From the NCBI GenBank assembly GCA_963678315.1, contig OY782781.1, positions 1,088,001 to 1,152,000 of the forward strand: a stretch of DNA of 64,000 nucleotides, read 5' to 3'. The position numbers were made by a program, and so were the translations under genes. The notes under the pieces were generated by a model. The model searched no databases. It saw nothing but the letters and a program-made list of their open reading frames with translations, and was not told the origin of the DNA. The DNA is from Candidatus Cloacimonadales bacterium. GTDB taxonomy: Bacteria > Cloacimonadota > Cloacimonadia > Cloacimonadales > JAFGVF01. Positions 30,023 through 39,061 of the stretch are shown piece by piece; position 1 is the first letter of the stretch, and each line of letters starts with the position of its first letter.

Positions 30023-30670
30023 TTATTTACGTGCTCTAGCACTTCTTCTTGTTACATTTTTAGAAGCTGGAGCATTCCAACCTGTATTATCAGTAGTTGC
30101 ATAAATCAATAAACCATCGCCTATTGAAATTTCAAAGTCATTAACATCTACACCAACTGTAAACTGAGACCAGTTACTGATATCGTTATCCCAAGTAGCT
30201 ATTGATTCAATATTTCCTATAGCCTCAGCAATGTCTGAAACATTAATTAATTCTGAACGATTCAACGGAACCATGATTTGATTGAAGTCATTCCCAACAA
30301 TGTCATAGTTAGCTTGACTTGGTAAATCACCAGCACAATAGAAATCAATATTTTCAGTGCCAGCAAGATAAACTAATACAGATGTTCCAGCAGGAACCTC
30401 AAAATCATTAACATCAACACCAACTGTGAATTGAGACCAGTTACTAATTGAATTATCCCATTTAGCTAAAGATTCAACATCTCCACCGATAGCTGTTGCT
30501 AATTCTGAAACAGTAGTTATGTCACTATTCATAGGAACTGCAATCATGTTAAAATCATTTGCAATTAATTCATACTTTACATATCCGACAACTTCACTTG
30601 GTTCTGAGTCCAAAGCGAAGATAACAGTCACCGACGCAATTAAAATCGCTAATATAAGCAACTTTTTCAT
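30023..30670 (-). CDS. Secreted protein with internal duplication and Arg-rich tail
   Basis: Signal peptide; ISNWSQFTVGVDVNDFE occurs twice; ends KNVTRRSARARK. Confidence 0.8.
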   Translation of the reverse strand: MKKLLILAILIASVTVIFALDSEPSEVVGYVKYELIANDFNMIAVPMNSDITTVSELATAIGGDVESLAKWDNSISNWSQFTVGVDVNDFEVPAGTSVLVYLAGTENIDFYCAGDLPSQANYDIVGNDFNQIMVPLNRSELINVSDIAEAIGNIESIATWDNDISNWSQFTVGVDVNDFEISIGDGLLIYATTDNTGWNAPASKNVTRRSARARK

Positions 30671-31027
30671 AAACAAAACCTCCAAGGTTTTTATTTTTTG
30701 TTTTGGTCACCACACCACTACTCAGTCAATTTAGGATATAAATTCTAACTTGTCAAACATTTTTTTTAGCTTTTAAGTTTTTGGACTAATAATTCACATA
30801 ATATTAACATTTATAGGCTTCTAGGGGCATTTTGCTAGATAAGAAAACTGGCTGATTATTCAAGTAATTCCATGAAATTACTAATAATTTTGCCTAAAAG
30901 TAGATTATTTTTGTGATTCTTTTTTAAGAAATGTAAAAATTAGTTAATTATTATGAAAAATGAGTAAAATATGTTGATTTTTATCAAAACACTGGCCAGA
31001 GATAAATGGGAAAAATGAAAAATGAAA

Positions 31028-32228
31028 GCCACGGATTACACAGATAAGCACGGATAAAGACAAAATTAAAAATAGGAAGAATGATAGCCACGAATGGCAC
31101 AAATAATCACTGATAAATGAAAAGTTAAAATTGAAGAATGAAAAATTAATCATTTTAATCAGTAAAATCAGTGTCATCAGTGTTCTATTAAATATAACCA
31201 CGAAATACACGAAAAGACACGAAAGTAAGTATTAAATGCTTTTGGCCACGGATAACACTGATAGTCACGGATAAAGGGGAAGAAATGAAGAATGATGAAT
31301 GAAGAATGATTGAAGAATGATTGAAGAATTGAGGAGATGCTATCCATAAAAACCCCGAAGGGGTGGCATATACTAAGCATGGAGGCTTGCCCTCCATGTA
31401 ATAGTTAAAAAATAAAAAAAGCCCTGAAAGGGCGACATAAAGGCTAGGCTATATCTGCAAACAGGAAAGTTTACCACGAAAAGCACGAATAACACGAAAA
31501 ACAGTAAAATTATTTAGGACTGGACAGATAGCCAAGAATGGCACAAATCTCACGAATAAGAAGAGATATAACCACGAAACACACGAAAAGACACGAAAGA
31601 AAGTCTTAATTGTTTTTAGCCACGGATAACACAGATAAGCACGGATAAAGACAAAATTAAAAATAGGAAGAATGATAGCCACGAATGACACAAATCTCAC
31701 GAATAATAAGAGATATAACCACGAAACACACGAAAAGACACGAAAGTAAGTATTAAATGCTTTTAGCCACGGATAACACTGATAGTCACGGATAAAGGGG
31801 AAGAAATGAAGAATGATGAATGAAGAATGATTGAAGAATTGAGGAGATGCTATCCATAAAAACCCCGAAGGGGTGGCATATACTAAGCATGGAGGCTTGC
31901 CCTCTATGTAATAGTTAAAAAATAAAAAAAGCCCTGAAAGGGCGACATAAAGGCTAGGCTATATCTGCAAACAGGAAAGTTTACCACGAAAAGCACGAAA
32001 ACACACGAAAGAAAGTCTTAATTGCTTTTGGCCACGGATAACACTGATAGTCACGGATAAATGAAAAGAAATGAAAAATGAAAAATGAACAATTAATAAT
32101 TCTCAATTATCAATTATGAATTAGCTTTTCAGCCACGGATAAGCCCTAACGTTTAAACAACTAAACCTCTCAACTCTTACACATTTTCAACATTCTTAAA
32201 TCTTCCTAATTAGTGTCATCTGTGTTCT
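31028..32228. repeat. Non-coding mosaic of orphan repeats with a duplication of about 510-520 bp period
   Basis: Family B elements at 31351-31440 and 31861-31950; many CCACGGATAACAC / CCACGAAA units; GAATGA / AAATGAA short repeats. Confidence 0.88.
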
Positions 32229-32519
32229 ATATTCACTATTTGTAAATAATTTAGTGATGTAAACATATAATATGAAACACTTTATAAAAGCTTGCTACAT
32301 GTCAACTAAAATAAGCTATTGACAACTGTAATAGTTTATAAAATATAGCATTCTAATTTGTAAGGTTTTAGGTGCAGATATATAAGGAGATTGGTTTTTA
32401 TTACTAATGTCGTAAACAAAGATTAGATTAATTAACATGTTGAGCATATTTTCGTAATCAATTAATTAAGTTTATTAACATTATTATGCTAGACTAGGGT
32501 CTAGAAAGGTCTATAAAAT

Positions 32520-33164
32520 ATGGACAAAACAAGAAAAAGCAGTACAAAGAGTACAGACAAGAGGGGTGAATGTATGGGCAGAGAAGTGAAAGTAGGAATT
32601 ATGGGCAACGATTGTTTAATAACAATTCAAGGGAATGACCAGTTAATCACAATTAAGGCAACATTAGGTGCAAAGTATCTAGAGTTTTTAGTAAAGAATA
32701 GCAATAGGGCATTTTCTCCTATTAGATTACGTAATATTGTTCTTAATGGTATGGATTTAGGATTAGAGAGCCATGATTCAATAGATATTGGGCATAAGGA
32801 TATTTCCTATAACTACCGTTGCTATGACTTCATTCCTTCTAGTGATTTCAAAACTATAAAGCAAGTAAGGGCTCAAATCAAAAAGATTAATCTTGAAATC
32901 TTTGAAGCAACATGTAACAATGATTTAACTCGTGTTGAAGAACTTTATGATGAAGAGGAAAAACTAGAAAAATACCTTTCAGAGACTATTTCAATTAATG
33001 GGGTTATGAAGAATTTTGATAAGTCAAACCGTAAGGACTACTACTCAATCCATAGGGCATTGGAAAAGTCACTGCAAGATGTAGAAGCTGTTTCTGCTTA
33101 TGTTGCAAAACTACTGAGGGGATCACTGTCTTTTAAAATGAATGAGATAGTTTATAGGAAATAA
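32520..33164 (+). CDS. Hypothetical protein, possibly a stand-alone regulatory helical domain
   Basis: 214-aa ORF; start may be the ATG at 32574. Confidence 0.7.
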   Translation: MDKTRKSSTKSTDKRGECMGREVKVGIMGNDCLITIQGNDQLITIKATLGAKYLEFLVKNSNRAFSPIRLRNIVLNGMDLGLESHDSIDIGHKDISYNYRCYDFIPSSDFKTIKQVRAQIKKINLEIFEATCNNDLTRVEELYDEEEKLEKYLSETISINGVMKNFDKSNRKDYYSIHRALEKSLQDVEAVSAYVAKLLRGSLSFKMNEIVYRK

Positions 33165-33197
33165 TTTTTTATTACAGGCTGTGTGCCTGTTTTATTA

Positions 33198-33466
33198 CTG
33201 GATTGTAGCCATCCCTGGCTACGAAAAAATAAACTGGGATTGTAAGCTTCCTAGCTTACGAAAAAATAAACCTGGATTGTAGCCATCAGTTTTCCCTGAC
33301 ACAGTCCCTGGCTAAGAAAAATACCACACTTTGCGTAAGCATGAACTTTGTTCAGCCTATCGGCGGATGCTTACACTCCATCCCTGGCTAAGAAAAATAC
33401 CACACTTTGCGTAAGCATGAACTTTGTTCAGCCTATCGGCGGATGCTTACACTCCAAACCCAGCAC
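33198..33466. repeat. Family D REP-like repeats
   Basis: GGATTGTAAGC..GCTTACG, GGATTGTAGCC..GGCTACG and CGTAAGCAT..ATGCTTACACTCCA. Confidence 0.9.
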
Positions 33467-33494
33467 GAAAAAATACTTTAATCTCTTTACGAAT

Positions 33495-34016
33495 TTAGTT
33501 GTTCCTAATGTAGTTAATAACATAATCAAGATGTTTTTCATTTCGTATAAACCTATCATAATAGTCTCTCATCCATACTTTACCTTTCCTATTTAATAGC
33601 TTATTGATTTTTGTTGAAGAATAGGATTTCCAAGTGTGAACAATGTTTGGAAGACTTACATTCTCATAAAGGCGGATAAGAACATGTACATGATTAGGCA
33701 TGATTTTATATTCAATTAGATCGTATTTTATATTTGCATAATATTTTAGAATAGTTTCCATTAGTTTTTGTATTTTATCTTGTTTTAACCAACAACAACC
33801 ATAACCTCTATCTTCAAAAGTAGCAATCTTGTTGTATAATATGCTTTTCTTCCAATTATCATCTTTATCTTTACCTAAGAATTCTATTTCTTCTTTCCAA
33901 ACAAAAATTATATCTTTAGGTACTGAATCGAATAGTCTAAATGTGATAAATTGACATAGACAATCTAAATCACAATGAGGTAAATAATTGTTATTATACC
34001 AACCCTTTGTTTCCAT
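33495..34016 (-). CDS. RAYT-like Y1 transposase
   Basis: NYLPH, QFITFRLFDS, IMPNHVH, WMRDYYDRFIRN, YIRNN. Confidence 0.9.
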   Translation of the reverse strand: METKGWYNNNYLPHCDLDCLCQFITFRLFDSVPKDIIFVWKEEIEFLGKDKDDNWKKSILYNKIATFEDRGYGCCWLKQDKIQKLMETILKYYANIKYDLIEYKIMPNHVHVLIRLYENVSLPNIVHTWKSYSSTKINKLLNRKGKVWMRDYYDRFIRNEKHLDYVINYIRNN

Positions 34017-34090
34017 AGTATCTCCTTTATTAAATCAATATTGTACACTCAAATAGTTTTAGTCAAGATTTATTACTAGATTTTACTTTG

Positions 34091-34402
34091 CGTAAGCATG
34101 AACTTTGTTCAGCCTATCGGCGGATGCTTACACTCCAAGCCCAGCTTACGAAAAACACGAATCTGGATTGTAAGCTTCCTAGCTTACGAAAAATAAACCG
34201 GGATTGTAAGCTTCCCAGCTTACGAATCTATTTTGCGTAAGCATGAACGTTGTTCAGCCTGTCGGCGGATGCTTACACTCCAAAGCTAGCTTACGAAAAA
34301 ATAAACATGGATTGTAAGCTTCCCAGCTTACGAATCTATTTTGCGTAAGCATGAACTTAGTTCAGCCTATCGGCGGATGCTTACACTCCATCCCTGGCTA
34401 CG
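34091..34402. repeat. Family D REP-like repeats
   Basis: Three CGTAAGCATGAAC..GTTCAGCC..GGCGGATGCTTACACTCCA and several GGATTGTAAGCTTCC.AGCTTACG. Confidence 0.9.
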
Positions 34403-34522
34403 AAAACCTACCTCATCGGCTACTATGAACTTTCTTTTTTGCATTTTAGCTTGCTTAATTCTTCCTTGGTTTCATAATTGCATTATTATATTTAGATTAA
34501 ATAATTTAAGGTAGGTGTATAT

Positions 34523-37219
34523 ATGAGACGACTTTTAATAGTATGTTTTCTTTTGTCCTTGACCATCTTGGTGGGGGAAAGTTTAAAAATAGAAGTGCCA
34601 AGTGAGTATTTTATTGATTCTATTGCTGAATTACAGAAGTTTAATCCTGATTTTGGTTCTACAACTTTACCAGGTTCTTACAAGCTTCCTGCTAAGCAAA
34701 TTAATATAGTTTTACCTCCAGCTGACCAAATAATAAACTATAATATTTTGGTCTCTAGCAAAAGTGATGTTAGTGACACTTTGCCTGAAATTAATTCTGC
34801 CTATAGTAATTCAGACACATTTCTTGATAATATAGCAAGTAGAGAAATAGATTCTCATTATCGCTTTAATGGTTTAAGGAAGTGGGGTAACTTAAGTTTT
34901 GCTTCCATTAATTGGATTCCTGTTCTCTATTCTGATGGCAAGTATGAGCTTGCAACCTCTTGTTCTATAGAAATTGAATATATTCCTGCTAGACAAGTGA
35001 ATAGAACAATTCTTAAAGAAGTTATTGATCCTGATTTCTTTGTGAATCCTAATGATATAGAAGAAAGCTATTACTTATCTAGAGATGTTTCTTACTTGAT
35101 TATAGGTCCTGAATCAACTCAATCTTCACTATCTGATTACCAAAGCTTTAGAGAGTCCCAAGGAATGACAACAGACTTTGTCTCTACTGAATACATTTAT
35201 GCTAATACAAGCTTTACTAATCCTGTTGAAGCAATTAGACATTTTTTGGTTAATCGTTATGGAGAAAATCCCTTTGCTTACCTGCTTTTAGTGGGAGATG
35301 TTGATGATGTGCCTGTAGCATATTTATCTGCTCAACCTGGGGCTTTTCAAGAGACTGCTAGTGATTTCTACTATTCTGATTTAACTTCTGAATTTGATTC
35401 TGATAACGATGGTATTTTGGGGGAATATTCAATAGATGGTGTTTCTCAAGATGCAGGAATGGACTTTACACCTGAAACATTTGTTGGAAGAATCCCTTAC
35501 ATTGAAGCAGATGCTTTATCTTCAATATTGAATAGAATCATTAATTTTGAATCTACTTCTGCATCATGGAAGGATGACGTGCTTATGCCTATGTCCTATC
35601 TAAATTATGCTAATGAAAACAATTCTCCTTATCCTATAAGTAACTACGCTGTGACAGGAGAATATCTTAAAGACACAAGTTTACGAAATCATACTGCTAT
35701 CGCTATGTACGAAGAAGAGGGGGTGGTTCCTTCTTCACCTCAATACCCTTCTGATATTCCTGTAACTTATGATAACATAGTTCAACAGCTAAATAATAAC
35801 AATTTTGGTTTTGTTTCTTGGGCAGGTCATGGTGCTCCAAGCTATTCAGTAAGAACTATTTGGTATGAAGATACTAACAATAATGGAATTCCGGATGGCT
35901 CAGAACTTGGAGGAGCTTATCTTGTTAATTCTGAAATGTGGAGTCAGCTCAATAATAACACGGGTTCTGTTTTCTTCTGTTCTTCCTGTAATAATGGTAT
36001 GTTAGACAATAATGAATCTTGCCTTGGAGAAGAATTAATTAGATATAAAGCTGTGGCTAATATTGCGGCTACAAGAACTTCTTGGTATAAGGTTGGTTGG
36101 CAAGATCCTGGTTATGGAGGCTTACAATCATATAATACCCATATCGTTGAATATATGTTTAATAATAACTACTCCTATGGTAAATCACAAGGCTTGGCAA
36201 ACTTCCTACATACAAACTTCTATCTCTTTGGTGATCCTATAGATTCGGATGGTATTATTCATCCAGAGTTGAAAAATATCTACACTCACCTTCTATTTGG
36301 CGATCCTGCTGTTAATTATCAAGCTGATGACCAAGCTTCTGATGGAGATATTCTTATTATGGATAGGTCTATTGATCAAAATGGGATTGCTTTAATTAAT
36401 GCCCTTAATGATAACTATAACTACAATATAATCTATTCTAACAAACTAATACCTGATTATGAGATGTATAATCGCTTTGAAGCTATCTTCGGACTTTCAT
36501 CCCATAGCGATGCTCTAAATGTTCCTCTTCTTAATTGGGAGGTTGATTTACTTAATGAATACTATAACAATGGTGGAAGAATCTACTTTGAAGATTTCTA
36601 TTATCTCCAAAACCAAATCTATAACGATTATGATATTTCTTCTTATGAAGTTTTGGTTGATATAAGTAATTCTCTCTCTCCTTTGAATGATTTACTGGGA
36701 AACTGGAATTATAATGGACTCTACAATCAAGTTACACCAATTTCTGCTAACGGAAGTCCTCTTCTAACTGATGGTACTCACAACTTTATGTATCTTCTAG
36801 AAAATGGTGATAGCAAGATAATAGTTTCTGCTGTCGATTTGATAGGTTTCTTGAATGAAGCAGATTATTCGAACTTTACATCCCTAATTGATCTTATGGA
36901 TATCCAGCAAACTGTTGCTAATGACAACTCAAATATAGAATCTGTAGATTTAGCTGTTTCTAACTACCCAAATCCTTTTAACCCTGAAACTACTATCTCA
37001 TTTAATGTTGAAAATCAGCAACATGCTAAACTAGAAATCTTTAATTTAAAAGGACAAAAGGTCTATTCTACAATTAAAGATAATTTAACTTCTGGAAGGA
37101 ATACTATTGTCTGGAAAGGAAACAATAGTGAAGGTAAAAAAGTGTCATCAGGCTTGTATTTCTATAGATTAAATGTAGGTGGAAAGAGTGTAAACGGCAA
37201 GATGATGATGGTGAAATAG
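34523..37219 (+). CDS. Secreted peptidase C25 (gingipain family) with FlgD-Ig/T9SS-type C-terminal domain
   Basis: YLLLVGD, SDFYY, VGRIP, WAGHG (His), SSCNNG (Cys), LFGDPA, NYPNPFNPET..KMMMVK. Confidence 0.9.
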   Translation: MRRLLIVCFLLSLTILVGESLKIEVPSEYFIDSIAELQKFNPDFGSTTLPGSYKLPAKQINIVLPPADQIINYNILVSSKSDVSDTLPEINSAYSNSDTFLDNIASREIDSHYRFNGLRKWGNLSFASINWIPVLYSDGKYELATSCSIEIEYIPARQVNRTILKEVIDPDFFVNPNDIEESYYLSRDVSYLIIGPESTQSSLSDYQSFRESQGMTTDFVSTEYIYANTSFTNPVEAIRHFLVNRYGENPFAYLLLVGDVDDVPVAYLSAQPGAFQETASDFYYSDLTSEFDSDNDGILGEYSIDGVSQDAGMDFTPETFVGRIPYIEADALSSILNRIINFESTSASWKDDVLMPMSYLNYANENNSPYPISNYAVTGEYLKDTSLRNHTAIAMYEEEGVVPSSPQYPSDIPVTYDNIVQQLNNNNFGFVSWAGHGAPSYSVRTIWYEDTNNNGIPDGSELGGAYLVNSEMWSQLNNNTGSVFFCSSCNNGMLDNNESCLGEELIRYKAVANIAATRTSWYKVGWQDPGYGGLQSYNTHIVEYMFNNNYSYGKSQGLANFLHTNFYLFGDPIDSDGIIHPELKNIYTHLLFGDPAVNYQADDQASDGDILIMDRSIDQNGIALINALNDNYNYNIIYSNKLIPDYEMYNRFEAIFGLSSHSDALNVPLLNWEVDLLNEYYNNGGRIYFEDFYYLQNQIYNDYDISSYEVLVDISNSLSPLNDLLGNWNYNGLYNQVTPISANGSPLLTDGTHNFMYLLENGDSKIIVSAVDLIGFLNEADYSNFTSLIDLMDIQQTVANDNSNIESVDLAVSNYPNPFNPETTISFNVENQQHAKLEIFNLKGQKVYSTIKDNLTSGRNTIVWKGNNSEGKKVSSGLYFYRLNVGGKSVNGKMMMVK

Positions 37220-37260
37220 TGTCATAATTGATAATTGATAAGGCTGGCTGTGTGTCAGCC

Positions 37261-37682
37261 TTCTAGAAAAGTAAAATTACAGGTGATAGGAAGGCGAGCG
37301 CCTGGCTCGCATCATATCTTGCAAACTCGATGTTTGTGAGATATGAAGATATATTTACAAAAATATGTTAAAGAGTAATTTTATCCTTCCAGAAAAGCAA
37401 AATTACAGGTGATAGGAACGCGAGCGCCTGGCTCGCATCATATCTTGCAAACTCGATGTTTGTGAGATATGAAAATATATTTACAAAAATTTGTTAAAGA
37501 ATGAATAAAAAACTTCTGCATCTAGCAGAAGCTTTTTATAGCGCACCAGGCGTACGCGATCCATCCTTCTAGAAAAGTAAAATTACAGGTGATAGGAACG
37601 CGAGCGCCTGGCTCGCATCATATCTTGCAAACTCGATGTTTGTGAGATATGAAGATATATTTACAAAAATATGTTAAAGAGT
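37261..37682. repeat. Family F REP-like repeats in longer repeated units
   Basis: GGAA(C/G)GCGAGCGCCTGGCTCGC at 37289, 37415, 37595; inverted variant GCGCACCAGGCGTACGCGATCC at 37541. Confidence 0.92.
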
Positions 37683-37717
37683 AATGTCGGTTTTAAAAGC
37701 TACAAAAGAGGCGAATT

Positions 37718-38245
37718 ATGGATGAATCCAATAAGGGGTGGACTTCTAGAGGGTATCTACCACACTATGATATGTACGATACAATACAATTTATTACATT
37801 TAGACTATATGATTCTCTTCCTTATCAACTAATTGCAAGTTGGAAAGAGATAATAAACTCAAATAATTATAAAGGTCTTAGCAGGCAAGAAATTCGTAAA
37901 AAGAAAATTCTAGTTGAAAAGTATGCTAGAAATGGCTATGGACAGTGCTTTCTAAGACATGAAAAGTGTGCTAATATCGTGAAAAGCCATATTCTTTTAG
38001 GTAATAAAAAAGATTATGAATTATTCGAATATGTCATCATGCCAAACCATGTTCACGTTTTAATCAGAACTCTTGATACAAGCAATTTATCAAATATTGT
38101 AAGAAGGTGGAAATCTAGAACAGCTCATGAAATAAATTATGTATTAAAGCGTAAAGGAAGTGTTTGGATGCATGGTTATTATGATACTTATATCCGTAAT
38201 AATGAACATTTAAACCATGTTGTTGAATATATTAGAAATAATTAG
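37718..38245 (+). CDS. RAYT-like Y1 transposase
   Basis: SRGYLPH, QFITFRLYDS, VIMPNHVH, WMHGYYDTYIRN, YIRNN. Confidence 0.9.
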   Translation: MDESNKGWTSRGYLPHYDMYDTIQFITFRLYDSLPYQLIASWKEIINSNNYKGLSRQEIRKKKILVEKYARNGYGQCFLRHEKCANIVKSHILLGNKKDYELFEYVIMPNHVHVLIRTLDTSNLSNIVRRWKSRTAHEINYVLKRKGSVWMHGYYDTYIRNNEHLNHVVEYIRNN

Positions 38246-38264
38246 AATTAGAAATTTAATGTTT

Positions 38265-38566
38265 GAATAAAAAGCTTCTGCATCTAACAGAAGCTTTTTA
38301 TAGCGCACCAGGCGTACGCGATCCATCCTTCCAGAAAAGTAAAATTACTGGTGATAGGAAGGCGAGCGCCTGGCTCGCATCATATCTTGCAAACTCGATG
38401 TTTGAGAGTTGTAGGATAGTTCTTTGCAATCTAATATTAAAGAGTAGTTTTTATCCTTCCAGAAAAGTAAAATAACTGGTGATAGGAACGCGAGCGCCTG
38501 GCTCGCATCATATCTTGCAAACTCGATGTTTGAGAGTTGTAGGATAGTTCTTTGCAATCTAATATT
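38265..38566. repeat. Family F REP-like repeats
   Basis: Copies at 38357 and 38485; inverted variant at 38303. Confidence 0.92.
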
Positions 38567-38651
38567 GTTATTTTGCATTTGAAAAAGGGCTAATTGTAAT
38601 TTGTAAATATTAACGAAAAACAAATAAATTGTAAAAAAGATAAAAAACTCA

Positions 38652-39061
38652 TTGACAAAGAAAAATAAATACTACTATAATAGCACTAGAATAATAAGAG
38701 AAAAAGTATCCTTGTTATGAAGTGTAGTTAGCTATAAGAGAAATTAGACACACCACACTACATACAAAAAGGCTGATAACAACGATTAACAGGATATGAA
38801 TGCTGATTGATTGAATGAATTTAGTGAGTTCCTTATGGATTACATCACCACAGTAATTCTAAGATGACAAAAGAGCTAATAACAATGATTTCAATCAAGA
38901 TGTTGAAAAATATTAACACTATAGTAGAGAGAGAAAATGGAAGACTAAATATAGTGTTCGATTACTTCACCACGGTAATCGTTCACTCTGTTTTTACAAT
39001 TCATTCTATACTATATTTAAAAAACTTATATAACATTTAAGCATGTTATGGGAGAATTTAA
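38652..39061 (+). promoter_or_regulatory. Sigma70-like promoter and structured leader of about 375 nt
   Basis: TTGACA(38652)-N18-TATAAT(38676); three hairpins with CACCAC in the loop. Confidence 0.6.

Noticed and set aside
22823..38245. Stop-codon readthrough (e.g. pyrrolysine) at the RAYT TAG stops
   Set aside because: One paralog uses TAA, and the frame after the 22825 stop (LSFITLL-stop) does not restore the NP motif
26716..38623. ORFs at 26716-27030, 30944-31700, 33348-33596, 38263-38475 and 38345-38623
   Set aside because: Translations of repeat arrays with periodic or low-complexity peptides and no convincing RBS
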